In this document: piece after piece, positions 8,753-17,988 of the stretch
How the letters are laid out: each line of letters opens with the position of its first letter
Position numbering within the stretch: position 1 is the first letter of the stretch
Origin: Candidatus Micrarchaeota archaeon
GTDB taxonomy: Archaea > Micrarchaeota > Micrarchaeia > Norongarragalinales > SBBD01
Assembly (NCBI GenBank): GCA_018819225.1
Contig: JAHJQN010000004.1
Span: 160,001 to 224,000 of the forward strand
Direction: 5' to 3'
Length of the DNA stretch: 64,000 nt
The notes under the pieces: generated by a model
What the model saw: only the letters and a program-made list of their open reading frames with translations
Databases searched by the model: none
Told to the model about the DNA's origin: nothing
Program-made: the position numbers and the translations under genes

Positions 8753-10984
8753 TTATTTTGACCTCAAAGGAGGTCTGTAAAATTTCATGAACGAGGCGCT
8801 CGTGGTAACGGAAACGCTGCTCATCGCCATAGCCAACCCCGCAATCGCCGGGTTCAACAGGAAGCCGTTGACTGCAAACAATACTCCCGCCGCAACGGGA
8901 ATGCCTACTACGTTGTAGATGAACGCCCAGAAGAGGTTCTGTTTGATTTTCCGCATCGTATAACGGCTCAAGTCAATCGCAGTAGCCACGTCGCGCAAGT
9001 CTTCTTTAACGAGCACGACATCCCCGGTTTCAATAGCGACGTCGGTTCCGCTTCCGATGGCGATTCCCACGTCCGCAGCTGCAATTGCGGGCGCGTCATT
9101 GATTCCGTCGCCCACCATCGCCACTACCTTTCCTTCTTTCTGGAGCTTTCTCACTTCTTTCTCCTTGTCTTCCGGAAGCACTTGCGCCAGCACGCGCTCG
9201 ATTCCCACTTGTTTAGCAATAGCTTCTGCCGTACGCGGGTTGTCTCCCGTAATCATCACCGTTTCCAATCCTTGCCGCCTCAATTCTTTCAGCGCCTCGT
9301 CCGCATGCTCCTTCAACGTATCTGCAACAGCGAGCACTCCAGCCAGCTTTCCTTGAACGGCTACCAGCATGGCGGTCTTGCCTCGCCGCTCCAATTTCTG
9401 AAGAGCTTGTTCCGCGGCCTCTGGAATATCTATTCGGTTGTTTTTCATCAACCGCCTGCTTCCTACCTTTACGGCTTTCCCGTTGACCGTTGCCTCTATG
9501 CCTGCGCCCGTCACTGCATTAAACTTCGATGGCGCCTGAAGAGCAAGTTTTCGTTTCTTCGCTGCTTCCACGATGGATTCGCCGAGGGGATGCTCGGAAC
9601 CGGACTCCGCTGAAGCGGAATATTCCAACAACGTTTTTTCGCTGAACCCCTGGAAAGGAATCAAGTCCGTAAGCGAAGGTTCACCTTTTGTAAGAGTACC
9701 GGTTTTATCGAATACGATGGTGTCGAGTTTCTGCATTTTTTGCAGGGAGGCCGCGTTCTTGAACAACACGCCATTCTGGGCTCCCAACCCCGTACCCATC
9801 ATGACGGCCGTCGGAGTCGCGAGTCCGAGAGCGCAAGGACAGGCAATAACGAGAACGGTAACAAACACGGTCAATGCAAACGCAAAAGGCATGGCCGCAA
9901 CAAAATACCAGAAAGCGAAGGAGAGAATAGCGATTCCAAGCACGAAGGGCACAAATACCGCGGATAGCCGGTCCACAAGCTCTTGAATAGGGGCTTTGCT
10001 TGCCTGCGCGTCCTCCACGAGCTTGATGATCTGCGCGAGCATCGTCTCTTTGCCAACCTTTAGAGCTTTGAACTGGAAGCTTCCGTGCTTGTTGATCGTA
10101 GCGCCGATTACCGGATCCCCTTTTTTCTTGGAAACCGGGATGCTTTCCCCTGTCACCATGCTTTCGTCGACTGCGCTCTCCCCTTCCGTGACCACTCCGT
10201 CCACGGGAATCTTTTCTCCTGGGCGGATGACGATCGTATCCCCTACCCCGACTTGCTCGATCGGGATTTCCAACTCCTTGCCCTTTCGGATGACTCTCGC
10301 GGTTTTTGCCTGCAGGCCAATCAGCTTCTTGATTGCCTCAGACGTGCGTCCCCTCGCCTTCGCCTCCAGCCACTTGCCTAAAACGATGAACGTGAGCACG
10401 AACGTGCCTACCTCGTAGTACAATTCCCCTTCGAAGCCGAGGGTTACCGCCGCACTGTACAGGTAAGCGGCGCCGACGCCGATGAGAATCAGGGAATCCA
10501 TGGTGGGGTTGCGATTGAAGAACAGCGCCCGGAACCCGCGTACGAAGATAATGCGGTTCACCCAAATCACGGGAGTAGCTAGCATCAATTGGATCCACGC
10601 GTTGAACGGGAGTACCGCGTTTGGAAGGAGAACGGGAATCCAGTTCAGGTGACCGAGAAACAGCACGAGGAGCGGCGTACTAAGCGCTGCGGAAATCCAG
10701 AAACGTTTCCGGTAGTCCGAAATTGCCTTTTCCCTTGCCTCCTTCTCGGCATCACGCTGTGCCCCTTCCTCAATCAATTCGGCCTCGTAGCCCGCGTTCT
10801 GAACGGCTTTCGCTATCGTTTTAAAGTCCAGCTTGCTTTCGTTCACTTGAATGACGGCTTTCTCGATCGCGAAATCGAATCGCCCTTCCAAGTAGCCGTC
10901 CATTTTCTTGAGAGCGGATTCCACGACGCCCACGCAATGAGGCGAATCCATTCCGGAGACATGCATCTTGATTTCGTTCGTCAT
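8753..10984 (-). CDS. copA: Cu(I)-translocating P1B-type ATPase
   Basis: [35 protein letters not shown] and MxxSS Cu+ ligands; N-terminal HMA with GMDSPHC. Confidence 0.95.
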   Translation of the reverse strand: MTNEIKMHVSGMDSPHCVGVVESALKKMDGYLEGRFDFAIEKAVIQVNESKLDFKTIAKAVQNAGYEAELIEEGAQRDAEKEAREKAISDYRKRFWISAALSTPLLVLFLGHLNWIPVLLPNAVLPFNAWIQLMLATPVIWVNRIIFVRGFRALFFNRNPTMDSLILIGVGAAYLYSAAVTLGFEGELYYEVGTFVLTFIVLGKWLEAKARGRTSEAIKKLIGLQAKTARVIRKGKELEIPIEQVGVGDTIVIRPGEKIPVDGVVTEGESAVDESMVTGESIPVSKKKGDPVIGATINKHGSFQFKALKVGKETMLAQIIKLVEDAQASKAPIQELVDRLSAVFVPFVLGIAILSFAFWYFVAAMPFAFALTVFVTVLVIACPCALGLATPTAVMMGTGLGAQNGVLFKNAASLQKMQKLDTIVFDKTGTLTKGEPSLTDLIPFQGFSEKTLLEYSASAESGSEHPLGESIVEAAKKRKLALQAPSKFNAVTGAGIEATVNGKAVKVGSRRLMKNNRIDIPEAAEQALQKLERRGKTAMLVAVQGKLAGVLAVADTLKEHADEALKELRRQGLETVMITGDNPRTAEAIAKQVGIERVLAQVLPEDKEKEVRKLQKEGKVVAMVGDGINDAPAIAAADVGIAIGSGTDVAIETGDVVLVKEDLRDVATAIDLSRYTMRKIKQNLFWAFIYNVVGIPVAAGVLFAVNGFLLNPAIAGLAMAMSSVSVTTSASFMKFYRPPLRSK

Positions 10985-11008
10985 GCTTTGCTTACCAGTA
11001 CTTTAATT

Positions 11009-11152
11009 TCATGGAATGGCATGCCGGATGATTTCGAGGTTACAGCTTTTGTGCTCCGCGCACCATAACTCACATTGTTCAGCGGTTTGTTGGTCCGCGT
11101 ATTTAAGGCCGCATTCTTCGCACGCGTACCGTTGGTTTTTCTCCGTTACCAT
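11009..11152 (-). CDS. 47-aa Cys-rich zinc-finger-like protein
   Basis: Manual translation MVTEKNQRYACEECGLKYADQQTAEQCELWCAEHKSCNLEIIRHAIP*; fills the copZ-copA gap. Confidence 0.75.
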   Translation of the reverse strand: MVTEKNQRYACEECGLKYADQQTAEQCELWCAEHKSCNLEIIRHAIP

Positions 11153-11170
11153 GTTTTTCCCATATTTCGT

Positions 11171-11404
11171 TTACTCGATGTCTGAAACTTTCGCTTCATA
11201 GCCCTGTTTGACGATGGCGTCCTTGAGTTTGGTCACGGTGGTTTTTCCTTCCTCGAACTCGACTTCGGCTTTTCCACTCGTAAAACTCACGTTCGCGCCT
11301 TTCACGCCTTCCGTTTGCTTCAGTGATTTCTCGATGCCTACGCTGCACGAGGCACAATCCATTCCGCTCACGGAAAATACGGCTTTACGGTTCGTCATAT
11401 TCAT
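11171..11404 (-). CDS. copZ: Copper chaperone (HMA domain)
   Basis: GMDCASC motif, ~75 aa, same operon as copA. Confidence 0.9.
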   Translation of the reverse strand: MNMTNRKAVFSVSGMDCASCSVGIEKSLKQTEGVKGANVSFTSGKAEVEFEEGKTTVTKLKDAIVKQGYEAKVSDIE

Positions 11405-11480
11405 CACACTCGTTACTTAACAACATCCTCCGGGTCCCATCATATCGATTCACCTTTGGTATTTCTATCCATTTCCAGCA

Positions 11481-11499
11481 TATATCAAAATCGGATATA
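11481..11499. promoter_or_regulatory. Candidate PadR operator TATATC-N7-GATATA
   Basis: Perfect inverted repeat in the divergent copZ/padR intergenic region. Confidence 0.5.
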
Positions 11500-11545
11500 A
11501 CATTATCCGCAATACGTATATATAACCCTTTGCGCGTATTCTACC

Positions 11546-12007
11546 ATGCCCGAACTGAAGGTATCGAATTTCAGCCGTTTTTTCGCATTGCTACTCTTGT
11601 ACGAGAAGCCTAGGCACGGTTATGAACTATTGAAGGAAGTGGGCCATCGCCTGGGCCAGCGGCAGAGTGCCGGACAAGTGTACCCCTTTCTGCGAACGCT
11701 GCAACGAAGGCATTATGTGTCCGTAGAGCAAACGGGAAATCGACGCAAGAAAGTGTTCGAGCTGACTCCCGAAGGCCGGAAGTTCGTGCGTTCGCTACTG
11801 GAAAAGTTCGATACGTTGCTCGAGGCATCCGTTCGGTCTCACCTCCGCACATGCTCGCACTGCAAATGCACTTTATATGAAAGCGGGATAAGAAAGCGCA
11901 TCAATGGAAAAACTAGATTTTTCTGTTGCGAAAACTGCGCCCGCGCCATCCAGCACTCCAAGCAAGAAATCCAACACGCCGCTCGGCACAAAGAACGGGT
12001 GAGTTAA
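11546..12007 (+). CDS. PadR-family regulator with C-terminal TRASH metal-binding domain
   Basis: PRHGYELLKE, GQVYPFLRTL, FELTPEGR; CSHCKC...FFCCENC. Confidence 0.85.
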   Translation: MPELKVSNFSRFFALLLLYEKPRHGYELLKEVGHRLGQRQSAGQVYPFLRTLQRRHYVSVEQTGNRRKKVFELTPEGRKFVRSLLEKFDTLLEASVRSHLRTCSHCKCTLYESGIRKRINGKTRFFCCENCARAIQHSKQEIQHAARHKERVS

Positions 12008-12008
12008 C

Positions 12009-12398
12009 ATGAACATCGAAGAATTCGCGTACGAAGTTGAAACGGAAAAAAAATTCGGGGACGCCGTGGTCTCCGTCTTAAAGTCGGCGGAACAAAAAGG
12101 ATGGGCTTTGTTCCAAGTATACGATATAGCGGAACGACTGGCCGCCAACGGATTTGAGCAGAAGCCCGTGAAGATAATTGAGATTTGTTCCGCCAAGCAT
12201 GCGAACCAATTCATGAACGCGAATAGGCTGGTGGCGCTATGTCTCCCGTGCAAAATCGTCGTCCTGGAAGACAACGGAAAAGTGCGGATTGCCGGAATGA
12301 AGCACGCGCTTGTTTCACAGTTCTTTCCCGAAGTATCTCCAGAACAAACGGTGCAGGCCGATACGGAAATCAGGGAAATCGTGGACAACTCGCGCTAA
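12009..12398 (+). CDS. DUF302 domain protein
   Basis: IIEICSAKHA...LCLPCKIVV pattern. Confidence 0.8.
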   Translation: MNIEEFAYEVETEKKFGDAVVSVLKSAEQKGWALFQVYDIAERLAANGFEQKPVKIIEICSAKHANQFMNANRLVALCLPCKIVVLEDNGKVRIAGMKHALVSQFFPEVSPEQTVQADTEIREIVDNSR

Positions 12399-12440
12399 AC
12401 CCACAAAAGCATGCCCGTGCATTTTTTGGAAGGGGTCAGA

Positions 12441-12779
12441 CTAACCCAAAATTTCCTCCAGCGTTCTTCCCGTCGCTTCCTTCAAGAAAGCGGGATCCAC
12501 TTGCCGCAAACAATCCTCGAAGCGTTCGGGATGATGGCTCAAATGCTGTACGTTGCTTTCGTCCGTCATGTCCCCGCACTCGCTCCCCGTTTGATCCGCC
12601 TGATTCTCAAAAATCTGCTCGTTGTTCGTAGTCTCCAGAAGCATGCCTTCGCTGTCCGTATCCAATACCGGAACCGGTTTAGCGGCAGGCGGAGACAATA
12701 ACGCGATCGCCGAAAACGACAGCACGCCAACCATGACAAACAACACCGCGTATTCCATTACACTTACCATTTCCTTCAC
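12441..12779 (-). CDS. Membrane-anchored small protein with C-x10-HLSHHP-x5-C motif
   Basis: N-terminal TM, CGDMTDESNVQHLSHHPERFEDC; start overlaps upstream stop. Confidence 0.65.
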   Translation of the reverse strand: MKEMVSVMEYAVLFVMVGVLSFSAIALLSPPAAKPVPVLDTDSEGMLLETTNNEQIFENQADQTGSECGDMTDESNVQHLSHHPERFEDCLRQVDPAFLKEATGRTLEEILG

Positions 12780-13330
12780 CTCGATAAAACGAATCTCACC
12801 ACGTACGAAAAGAATATGGCAGCCAGTCCTACCAACGTCATTCGAAGCCTTTCCTTGGACCCGAAAATACGTTGTACTTGAACAGGAAATCCGGACGAAA
12901 GCCCGAATTCATCATGCTTAGATAAAAGGTACGCGATTCCGGCCGCATTCGAGAGCACGCCAAGCAACAAGAACACCTCCCGGTAATCGAACAGGAAACC
13001 CGCGACGCCCGCGAGCCCCACGAACGGAAGAAAGTCGGTTACGTGATGCGCGCAGCAGGCCACCATGGCCGTTCCGGAAACGCCGGCAGACGCAACCATT
13101 CCAGCGGAAGCCGCCCGCTCCTTCAACTGCTTTTGAAGATGCAGGTGAAGACGCGCTTGGATGCCGAAACCTATTGCGAGCGCAATGATCCACGGCCAGT
13201 CAACAGAAAACTGCTGTTGAGCATGCTCCAAGGAATTCGCGAGCGTGATGATCCCGAAATAGAACGCGAATATCAGTGCGGCGGCCAGCACGCCCGCAAT
13301 ACCCGAATGGTTTTCAAGCCAAGTTTTCAT
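12776..13330 (-). CDS. Polytopic membrane protein with MVACCAHH motif (putative metal transporter/binder)
   Basis: About five TM segments; ATG 13330 coupled to upstream stop. Confidence 0.75.
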   Translation of the reverse strand: MKTWLENHSGIAGVLAAALIFAFYFGIITLANSLEHAQQQFSVDWPWIIALAIGFGIQARLHLHLQKQLKERAASAGMVASAGVSGTAMVACCAHHVTDFLPFVGLAGVAGFLFDYREVFLLLGVLSNAAGIAYLLSKHDEFGLSSGFPVQVQRIFGSKERLRMTLVGLAAIFFSYVVRFVLSR

Positions 13331-13428
13331 ACTCTTTTTTCCTCCGCCTTCTTTTTCTCGCATTCCTTGCAGGTGTCGCTGACACTGCAACAGTTAAAAA
13401 AAACCTTACCGCAAACTTTGCAGTTCAT
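13327..13428 (-). CDS. 33-aa Cys-rich microprotein
   Basis: MNCKVCGKVFFNCCSVSDTCKECEKKKAEEKRV*; ATGA overlaps with the neighbours at both ends. Confidence 0.7.
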   Translation of the reverse strand: MNCKVCGKVFFNCCSVSDTCKECEKKKAEEKRV

Positions 13429-14108
13429 AGTATCCCCCCGTAAAGAATGAACAGACCGAGCAACAGCATGCCGGCTCCCAGAACAAGTTTAAAGTCGTTC
13501 AAATGCTTCTGCTCCATTCCCTCGATCCACTCCAACACCTTTCCGTTAGATGAAAACACGAGCGCGAGGATCAAAGGCATGACGAACATGACGTTGTAAA
13601 GGAAAAGGTAGAACAGGCCTTCCCCGAACGTGGCATGAGCGGAAACGAGTCCGAGTACGGCCACGTACAGGCCTCCCACGCAAGGGAACGCGCACAGACC
13701 GACCAAGAATCCGGCTATCAAGGCCGCTGGAACCGTTGCTTTCCGAATCGTGGATTCCACGTTTTCGGAGAATGCGAGGCCTGGAAGCTTCCAATTCATT
13801 CCATAGCGGTTGGCCACGACCGAAAGAATATTGAGCAGCCCCAAAATAATCAGAAGCGTTGCGCCGACCTGCGCCATGAAGTGACCTGAGAAGAACGTAA
13901 AGACTTGGAGGATGCCGAGGCCAATGAGTGAATACGCAAGGAATACTCCGGCGATATACGCCCATCCCATGCTTAGAATCTGTGATCGCGTTCGCTTGAT
14001 GGAAAACAGGAAGGCAATGAAGAAGAGCAGCACCGCAAACCCGCAGGGATGAATACCGTCCAGGAAACCTCCTACGACGACAAGCGGAATCAGGGAAACG
14101 GCGTCCAT
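13425..14108 (-). CDS. ccdA: CcdA/DsbD-family transmembrane thiol-redox protein
   Basis: DGIHPC and GLCAFPC Cys pair, six TMs, YNVMFVMPL. Confidence 0.8.
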   Translation of the reverse strand: MDAVSLIPLVVVGGFLDGIHPCGFAVLLFFIAFLFSIKRTRSQILSMGWAYIAGVFLAYSLIGLGILQVFTFFSGHFMAQVGATLLIILGLLNILSVVANRYGMNWKLPGLAFSENVESTIRKATVPAALIAGFLVGLCAFPCVGGLYVAVLGLVSAHATFGEGLFYLFLYNVMFVMPLILALVFSSNGKVLEWIEGMEQKHLNDFKLVLGAGMLLLGLFILYGGIL

Positions 14109-14112
14109 TTGA

Positions 14113-14685
14113 TCACCTGAACTTGAGAATCAATCCAAGTGGGACCGTCACGATCAGCAACACCAATGCCCACCCGGCATAATCCGCGGTTTGCGGAGTG
14201 CCGGCCAGCGTCACACTTTGACGGGCACAATCAATAATCTCCTGAACAGCCTCGCAGTTCTTTATTTCACCGTTTTCCGTCATGACAATAAAAGGTTCTG
14301 GCTCCCCGCTCATGCTATCCCGAAACACCACCATTTTTTCCGGGACCGGGTTTTTCAAAAAAACCTTGACCTTGTCCGCGGGAACGTGACCCTCGAACAA
14401 GTACTGATTGTCCACCACGGTCACCATGTGGCCTTGCAACGTCAACGGTACGGAAAATGATTCCTGTAGCAACGCAAGTTCTTTCCTCACCGCCGCATCG
14501 TTGATGAACTCCTTCTCCACGATATCGGTCAACCCAATTTCCGTCAAGGCATCCTTTAGATCGACGAGGTAAGGCCCGCAATGCCCGCATCCTGCATTCT
14601 TGTAGATCGTGACCTGCGACGCCTCGACCTGCGCCGAAAGCCCGACAACGGCCAAAACGAGCACTAACCACGTCGCTACTTTCAT
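14113..14685 (-). CDS. DUF411-like thioredoxin-fold metal-binding protein with signal peptide and C-terminal TM
   Basis: IYKNAGCGHC, GHM, FEGHVP. Confidence 0.75.
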   Translation of the reverse strand: MKVATWLVLVLAVVGLSAQVEASQVTIYKNAGCGHCGPYLVDLKDALTEIGLTDIVEKEFINDAAVRKELALLQESFSVPLTLQGHMVTVVDNQYLFEGHVPADKVKVFLKNPVPEKMVVFRDSMSGEPEPFIVMTENGEIKNCEAVQEIIDCARQSVTLAGTPQTADYAGWALVLLIVTVPLGLILKFR

Positions 14686-14700
14686 GCAGAAAACCTCTTT

Positions 14701-14958
14701 TTAACAACCGCCGACCTGGGCAGGCAAATTAGCGATATTCCCGGGAACCTGCACATTCGTTGTCTTTGGCTGCGACGCGGCTTTCTGCACTTGCAGAGGC
14801 GCTTCCTGAGACGTGGAACCCGGCGAGATCTTAACGTTTTGAACCGATGTTGTCAGATCGTTCAGGTTGCCTGACAACGCCGAAAGCTGTACGGCTTGGA
14901 TGAGCGTGATGCCCAACAACACGCCCAACAAACCGGTTACCAACCATTCCGTTTTCAT
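14701..14958 (-). CDS. Small membrane-anchored protein ending LPAQVGGC
   Basis: ATG 14958 after AAGGTGG; TM, low-complexity linker, C-terminal VGGC. Confidence 0.75.
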   Translation of the reverse strand: MKTEWLVTGLLGVLLGITLIQAVQLSALSGNLNDLTTSVQNVKISPGSTSQEAPLQVQKAASQPKTTNVQVPGNIANLPAQVGGC

Positions 14959-14974
14959 GTTTAACCACCTTTTG

Positions 14975-15295
14975 TTATTGGCCATGCATGGTCTCATGCA
15001 TTTCCCGCATACCCTCAAACCCTTCTTCTCCATGCCATTTCCCGCAATCCTCGAACGAAAAATCGTCTCCGTGCATGGCTTCGTGATGCGCGTTCATGGT
15101 ATCCAATGACTCTGGAGACGCGTGCATATCCATGTGCGATGCTTCCGTATTCCAGAAGCTTCCGTGCATGCGTTCCATGAAATCGCCCCCAGAACGCGGA
15201 GTATCCGCTTCCCCTAATCCCCCATGCGCCTCCACCCCGAAGGCAATCACAGCCAACAATAGTACCGATCCAATGACCAACCAATGTTCTTGCAT
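14975..15295 (-). CDS. Secreted His/Met-rich metal-binding protein
   Basis: Signal peptide (..GVEAHG); repeated MxxMH/MNAHHEAMH motifs. Confidence 0.75.
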   Translation of the reverse strand: MQEHWLVIGSVLLLAVIAFGVEAHGGLGEADTPRSGGDFMERMHGSFWNTEASHMDMHASPESLDTMNAHHEAMHGDDFSFEDCGKWHGEEGFEGMREMHETMHGQ

Positions 15296-15312
15296 TTAGA
15301 TCGCCTAATTTC

Positions 15313-16134
15313 TCAACATCCGCCGACTTGTCCCGGCAATTCAACGGACGCTCCAGAACCGGCGGTCAAACCTTTTCCACCGCGATACTTGTTCGACTGA
15401 AGGTTCACGTAGTTCAAATCCACGCCGTTTTCCACGAGAAGAACGGCTTTCTTGACCGAGTCACGCGGGAAGTAAATCGTCTTCCATGCCCCGATTTCCT
15501 CCAGCATTTCATCGTCCGACATCTCGGGATGTTCCGTCACCAAGTATTTCAGTAGTCCGCGCATGGCAAACGAGTGCGCGCAACCGCAAGCCGCCTTTCC
15601 GGTCGGAAACAAAATGGATTGAGCGCCGCAACAATACTCGCAGGAAATCTGCAGCCCGATGCGCGCGTACCGTTCATTATCTTCCGCGTTCGGAAGCGCG
15701 TTTCCGTCATCGAGCTTGGCCATGATGTTCATGCTATTAACGGGATCATCAAAACTAACGCCGAGCTCCGACCCATATTTATTGGGAACGCCCGTTGGAA
15801 TGACTTGCGCCACGAGCGCGTTCAGGTCAAGCTCCCCTGCCGTCGTAATCGGTTGCGTGGTGGTGTCGGCAACCTGAACGGTTTTCTCCGTGTTTTCAAT
15901 GGAACGGGATGGTGCGCTCGCCAGTTTCGCGGACAGAGTCGCAATGCTTCCGGAAACGCCGACCGACTGGACGTTAATGTTATTGATCGTGTACTGGTTG
16001 AATGCAAGAACCAGTGCGATGAATACGATCAAGGCGTAGTGCGCCACGCGCATGTCGAAAACCACTTCGTTTTCCCGATGCCTGGCAAACGTTTTTTGCT
16101 CTTCATGCGCATGCTCTTCATATTTTGGTTTCAT
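15313..16134 (-). CDS. Membrane-anchored Cys-cluster protein ending LPGQVGGC
   Basis: TM, then ISCEYCCG...ACGCAHSFAM; C-terminal VGGC. Confidence 0.8.
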   Translation of the reverse strand: MKPKYEEHAHEEQKTFARHRENEVVFDMRVAHYALIVFIALVLAFNQYTINNINVQSVGVSGSIATLSAKLASAPSRSIENTEKTVQVADTTTQPITTAGELDLNALVAQVIPTGVPNKYGSELGVSFDDPVNSMNIMAKLDDGNALPNAEDNERYARIGLQISCEYCCGAQSILFPTGKAACGCAHSFAMRGLLKYLVTEHPEMSDDEMLEEIGAWKTIYFPRDSVKKAVLLVENGVDLNYVNLQSNKYRGGKGLTAGSGASVELPGQVGGC

Positions 16135-16147
16135 TCAATCACCCAAA

Positions 16148-16237
16148 GCTTTACAAACGATGTAAAGCAACCCTATAAACATACGGATTTATAAGGCTTC
16201 CGTTACAAGGTATGTAAAGCTTAAACATTCGGTGTAA
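16148..16237. promoter_or_regulatory. Three BlaI/CopY-type operators TTACA-N5-TGTAA
   Basis: GCTTTACA-aacga-TGTAAAGC (16148-16168), TTACA-aggta-TGTAA (16203-16217), aAACA-ttcgg-TGTAA (16223-16237) between divergent genes. Confidence 0.75.
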
Positions 16238-16284
16238 TGATAAGCTATATATAGAACGGTTCCTACCAAACCAAGGGGAATGGA

Positions 16285-16674
16285 ATGCGAAGCGCAGAAC
16301 GTGTCCAAAAATCCGAAACGCTGGAGAAGGGAGTGGCGTCGATGTTGAGTCCGCTCGAGACGGAAGTCTGCATCGCATTGTGGAAATACTGCAGTGGTTT
16401 TCGTCGCATGCGCGTGCGCCAAATCCACGCCAAATTGAAAGGAAAAAAAGTCGCGTTGACCAGCGTCGCCGTGATCCTGGACCGGCTCTACAAGCAAGGA
16501 CTCGTGGACCGCGAATCCGGCACGGGTAGGGGTGGCGTATTCTATTTGTATTATCCAAAGGCCACGCGGAAAGAGGTCGAGCACACGCTCATCGATTCCG
16601 CCGTCAATAATTTGATCAAGAGTTTCGGGCCGTCAGCCGTCACGTACTTCAACGAACGTTTTTCAAAAAGTTAG
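16285..16674 (+). CDS. BlaI/MecI/CopY-family repressor
   Basis: LSPLETEV..ALW, ALTSVAVILDRLYKQGLVDR, YLYYP, LIKSFG. Confidence 0.88.
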   Translation: MRSAERVQKSETLEKGVASMLSPLETEVCIALWKYCSGFRRMRVRQIHAKLKGKKVALTSVAVILDRLYKQGLVDRESGTGRGGVFYLYYPKATRKEVEHTLIDSAVNNLIKSFGPSAVTYFNERFSKS

Positions 16675-16682
16675 GTGCTTGA

Positions 16683-17435
16683 ATGTTCGAGTGGGTTACA
16701 GAACACGTTCCATGCATGATCTCTTTCGCGTCCAACCCCGCATACGTGGGGCTCTCGCTCGCCTCCATTATTCTGGCCGCGTTCATTTTCCTGAAATTTA
16801 GGGCCGAACAACGTTCCCTGAAACGCAAAGTGATTTTCGCGTACGGATTCTTTTCGTTGCTCGTGTTTCCGTTGATGCTGTTCCTTTACACGATGGCTTG
16901 TTCTTCGAATCCACTGGCGTGCCACGCCATGGGTTCGCTCGAAATCGCGACCATCCTGATTCCTGGAACGCTCGTGGTCTCGCTGGCAGCGGGCGTAGTG
17001 GGCATTCCGTGCCTATTCATTTTCTCGACTAAAAGCCGTCGCGTAACGGGTCGAGAAGCGCGGTGGGTCCAACGCCAAGCGCGCCGGATGGGCATTCGAA
17101 CGCCTCAGCTTTACGTGATCGACGATGCGCGACCGCAAGCTTTTTCATTTTCATCCGTTCTTTCCGCCGTATTCATTTCATTGGGTGCAATGGAATTGCT
17201 CTCCAAGAAGGAACGCGAAGCCGTACTCATTCACGAACTGGGACACATCCGGTCCGGAGCTTCTTCGCTGAAGTTTTCCGCGTTATTATTGAAGTTGGCC
17301 ACGCCCGTTTCTGCCAAAGCGTTCCATTCGACGTTGTCAACGGAAGAAAAGAATGCGGATGATTTGGCAGCTGCCGTGCAGGGAACGCGCAAGTACTTGA
17401 ACTCGGCGAAGAAAAAATTCGATGCGTTTGCGTGA
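16683..17435 (+). CDS. Membrane Zn-metallopeptidase, M48/M56 (BlaR1-like, no penicillin-binding sensor)
   Basis: Three TMs, PQAFS, AVLIHELGH, EEKNAD; directly follows the blaI-like gene. Confidence 0.85.
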   Translation: MFEWVTEHVPCMISFASNPAYVGLSLASIILAAFIFLKFRAEQRSLKRKVIFAYGFFSLLVFPLMLFLYTMACSSNPLACHAMGSLEIATILIPGTLVVSLAAGVVGIPCLFIFSTKSRRVTGREARWVQRQARRMGIRTPQLYVIDDARPQAFSFSSVLSAVFISLGAMELLSKKEREAVLIHELGHIRSGASSLKFSALLLKLATPVSAKAFHSTLSTEEKNADDLAAAVQGTRKYLNSAKKKFDAFA

Positions 17436-17456
17436 TGTAAGGAGGGTGTAGGATTC

Positions 17457-17972
17457 TTGAATAAAATCTTTTGGGGAGGCGGCGCCGCAATCATTGTATT
17501 AGCGGTTTTGGCGTTCGCGTTAATGGGTTCGCCTAACCAGTCTGCGGGAAACCGTTTGCAGCTTGAAAGCGGGAATGAAGATGAAAACGGTCACGTGGCG
17601 CTTGAATCCATGCAAGTCACGCTTTACAAGTCGCCGAGCTGCGGTTGCTGCATCGGTCACACCAATTATCTGCGGGGAGAAGGCGTGCAGGTTAATATTG
17701 AGGAACGGGACGACATGGCGTCCGTCAAAGCAAAGTATAACATTCCTAGGAACATGCAGAGCTGCCACACCGCCGTATTCGGAGACTATTTCGTGGAAGG
17801 ACACATCCCCTTGGAAGCCATCGCCAAACTATTGGAGGAGCAGCCGGACATTGATGGCATCGCCTTGCCGGACATGCCTGCGGGTTCTCCGGGTATGCCG
17901 GGTCAGAAGAACGGGGACTGGACGGTTTACGCGATCAAGGACGGAAAAACGTCTACGTTCATGGTCATCTGA
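17457..17972 (+). CDS. DUF411/CopG-like metal-binding protein
   Basis: YKSPSCGCC, SCHTA, VEGHIP, GIALPDMPAGSPGM. Confidence 0.9.
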   Translation: MNKIFWGGGAAIIVLAVLAFALMGSPNQSAGNRLQLESGNEDENGHVALESMQVTLYKSPSCGCCIGHTNYLRGEGVQVNIEERDDMASVKAKYNIPRNMQSCHTAVFGDYFVEGHIPLEAIAKLLEEQPDIDGIALPDMPAGSPGMPGQKNGDWTVYAIKDGKTSTFMVI

Positions 17973-17988
17973 ACGGTGAATTCAATCT

